A stretch of DNA of 64,000 nt, taken from NCBI RefSeq assembly GCF_036321535.1, contig NC_087436.1, forward strand, positions 75,580,001 to 75,644,000, written 5' to 3'. The notes under the pieces were generated by a model that was not told the DNA's origin, searched no databases, and was given only the letters and a program-made list of their open reading frames with translations. Within the stretch, counting starts at the first letter, position 1. Each line of letters begins with the position of its first letter. A program made the position numbers and the translations under genes. The DNA comes from Camelus dromedarius (taxonomy: Eukaryota). Positions 61,844-64,000 of the stretch are shown piece by piece.

Positions 61844-62107
61844 GTCATCTACTCTGGAGGCAAACTGCTTCTGAACCTCTGGAGAATGGGAGGTTTTTGG
61901 CCCAGGGCTCCTCCTTCACCTACCAGGACATCCTGGCCGGGCGGGTCTGGTACATGCCTAGTGGTCCTGGTGTGGCAGTGGATGAGTTCCAGTTCTCCAT
62001 CACTGATGGCCTCCACACAGACACAGGGAGGATGGAGATATACATAGAGCTGCCTGCAGGTGACACTCCTCGCTTGGCTGTAAACCGAGGCCTTCGACTC
62101 TCAGCAG
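61844..62107 (+). CDS. FRAS1: FRAS1 coding exon (264 nt, ~exon 44): GHLLWRQTASEPLENG...FTYQDILAG...NRGLRLSA
   Basis: Very long pyrimidine tract plus cag acceptor, donor CAG|gtacca; phase 1-1. Confidence 0.95.
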
Positions 62108-63966
62108 GTACCACGGGAATGGAAGAGCGTGGCCATGGTTTCTTCTTTGTTGGTGGGCAGTGCTTCCTTCCATGTCAGCTCTGCAGGAGGATCGTGGACT
62201 GGGTGTGCAGAATTAGGGGAGACTAGTGTTGGGGAGAACTGTTGTATTGGGGACACTAAGAGTTGTGAGTGATAAATGTGAATCTCCAAAGTTCTTTGGA
62301 CCAGATGCCTCTGTCCATGAATCTGCAAAAAGATTGAGAAGAGTTTATAGGATTTCCAGGGTCCTCAAAAATCTTACTTTATCCAGCTACTCATAGGCCT
62401 GGGTCTCTTAGAACATTGCCACTGCCCAACCAACCTCACAGGAACGAACAGCAAAACCTAGCAAGATTTTCAAGATGCTTAATTTAAAAAAAAAAAAAAA
62501 GTGCATGGAGAGGACACTTGGGAGGTCATCATGCACCAAGAGAGATTATGCAAATAATTGGGAGCCATTAGCTACGGGATTCTAGGGTCTAACGTTTGCA
62601 ATTTTTCTTAAGGAGAAGCAACACTGAAGTATCAGTCTTGGAGTCAGTTTGCAGTAGGGAGTTACTTAATTAGAGAGCAGGCCTTTTGCCCACAGACCAT
62701 CTGTATCCCCCTGGAGTTCTGTTCGCTTGTCTATTCTCAGTTTCACGTATATTTTGTAGTGTAAAATGTACGGTACGATGGTGTTTGAAAATTTGGAGAT
62801 TCCCAAGGGTCCCAAGTATTAGGTCTGGGGCTTAACTTTGCCCTATTTACAAGCTGGTAAGTCAGCCTATTACTGTTTCATGGATGCTAGTAGAGGACCG
62901 GAGACTGCCTGGTCATAGACAAAGTCCTTGGTTACAGCACAGCAGGCAGCATCGCCGTCAGCAAGCTTGCATTGATTCCCAAGGCCCTCCAAGTCTGCTG
63001 GGGTGATGCAGAGGCCCCAGGTGAACACCTTCATGTGCACTGCGATGCATTACAGAAGAGGACCACTGAGCTTGGGGAGCTGCCCGTGTTCTAGTAGTGA
63101 AAAGCAAGCCCGATCTTTGTCCCAGAGGAAGGCATCACCTCATCACACGGGGCTGCTTGCTGAGACTGGCTCGGGCAATGAGTGGTCCAGCCTTGCGTTC
63201 TTGGCATTGCCCAGCAAGAACACGCAGGGATGCTCAGGGCCCATGGAGGACTGTCTCTCCAAACACCAGGATGTATTCCACATGAGTGGCTAGGACCTAC
63301 TTTATCAGGATTTACTGTGATATGAGAAATGAGAAAATGACTAGAAAGGAAAGCAGAGGGGACGGCCCTGAGAAGAGGCGTTTGCCGGTAGGTAGTGCCT
63401 TGCCTCCATCCCCAACCCCTGTGCAGCCTTATAGGGCCCAGCACTCAGGTCTCCCTGCTTTGAGGCCCTCACTGTGTCCTTTGTCTTAAGCAACAGTGAT
63501 TCTGACCATTTGGTCAGTGATGGTAACCAGATATGTTTGTGTGTTTACATACAGCTGTTTTGTTATGCTTTGGTGATCCTCAAGACAGTAAGTCAGTTAG
63601 GTCCAAGCTGGTTTCTTCATTGGTCTGGGAGTCATGAACATCACAGAACTAGGAGTTGCTTCATGGATCTAGGTCCTAACTGAAAGGTCCCAGGAGTACA
63701 GTGAGCACAGGGAGAGAGTGAAAACGGATCAGAAGAGAAGAGGGGCTCAGATCCAAACTCAAGGGATGATTAGCAAATTGGGAAGTTGGGATTGTTTCAC
63801 GTAGGGAAATTAAAATTTATTCAGCTGGAAACAGAAGGGCAGGCAGCTGATACTTCCTTAGACCCAGGGAATGTGGGTAATTTAGTCTCCGGTCTCCTAA
63901 AGTCATCTGACCTCCTATTCAAAAGCAATGATGGAGAATGACCCACTGTCTCCCATTCTCTTCCAG

Positions 63967-64000
63967 GGTCGGTAGCACCCATCACAGAACAGCACTTGAA
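63967..64000 (+). CDS. FRAS1: FRAS1 coding exon, 5' part (~exon 45, cut by the window edge): GSVAPITEQHL
   Basis: Acceptor cccattctcttccag; phase 1 continues the frame. Confidence 0.88.

Larger units (their letters stand above)
2081..64000 (+). other. FRAS1: FRAS1 gene, internal portion (18 coding exons, CSPG-repeat region); the gene extends beyond both window edges
   Basis: Exons of 85,327,154,179,117,115,138,33,132,126,248,149,163,136,191,154,264,34+ nt join at GT-AG sites into one stop-free frame. Repeated CSPG motifs (FTQQDINEG, FTQEDINQG, FTYEDIEKN, FTYQDILAG, HDGS, VSDG/VTDG/ITDG) and peptides match FRAS1 as I recall it. Confidence 0.97.

Noticed and set aside
1..64000. A novel multi-gene, defence or other undescribed system
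   Set aside because: All convincing coding signal is explained by FRAS1 exons and by L1/Tigger remnants; I found no nested gene, array or operon-like structure.

Overview
This is mammalian genomic DNA, most likely from a camelid: it carries a Vic-1-like tRNA-derived SINE, and I recognised no Alu, Bov-A/BovB, PRE or Can-SINE. The whole window lies inside FRAS1 (Fraser extracellular matrix complex subunit 1) on the + strand. I traced 18 coding exons, the last cut by the window edge. All introns are GT-AG, the phases are compatible, and the exons splice into one open frame of 2745 nt (about 914 codons) encoding CSPG/NG2-type cadherin-like repeats. From memory of human exon sizes these are roughly exons 28-45. 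The introns contain L1 fragments of several ages, L2, MIR, CR1/L3, an MLT1 solo LTR, MER5A, mariner-like relics, a near-full-length decayed Tigger1 and a 471-bp Tigger1 deletion derivative. One L1 is young, with a TSD and an open ORF2 end. I found no support for a previously undescribed biological system. The most notable observations are: a possible truncated, secreted isoform made by read-through into the intron after exon 59249-59439; several in-frame alternative-splicing possibilities; a CpG-rich, divergent exon; matched changes in both TIRs of the Tigger1 derivative; an MIR-like insert inside the younger Tigger1; and small templated-insertion scars. Repeat family names and boundaries are by-eye estimates. 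Comparisons with human come from memory, not from a search.
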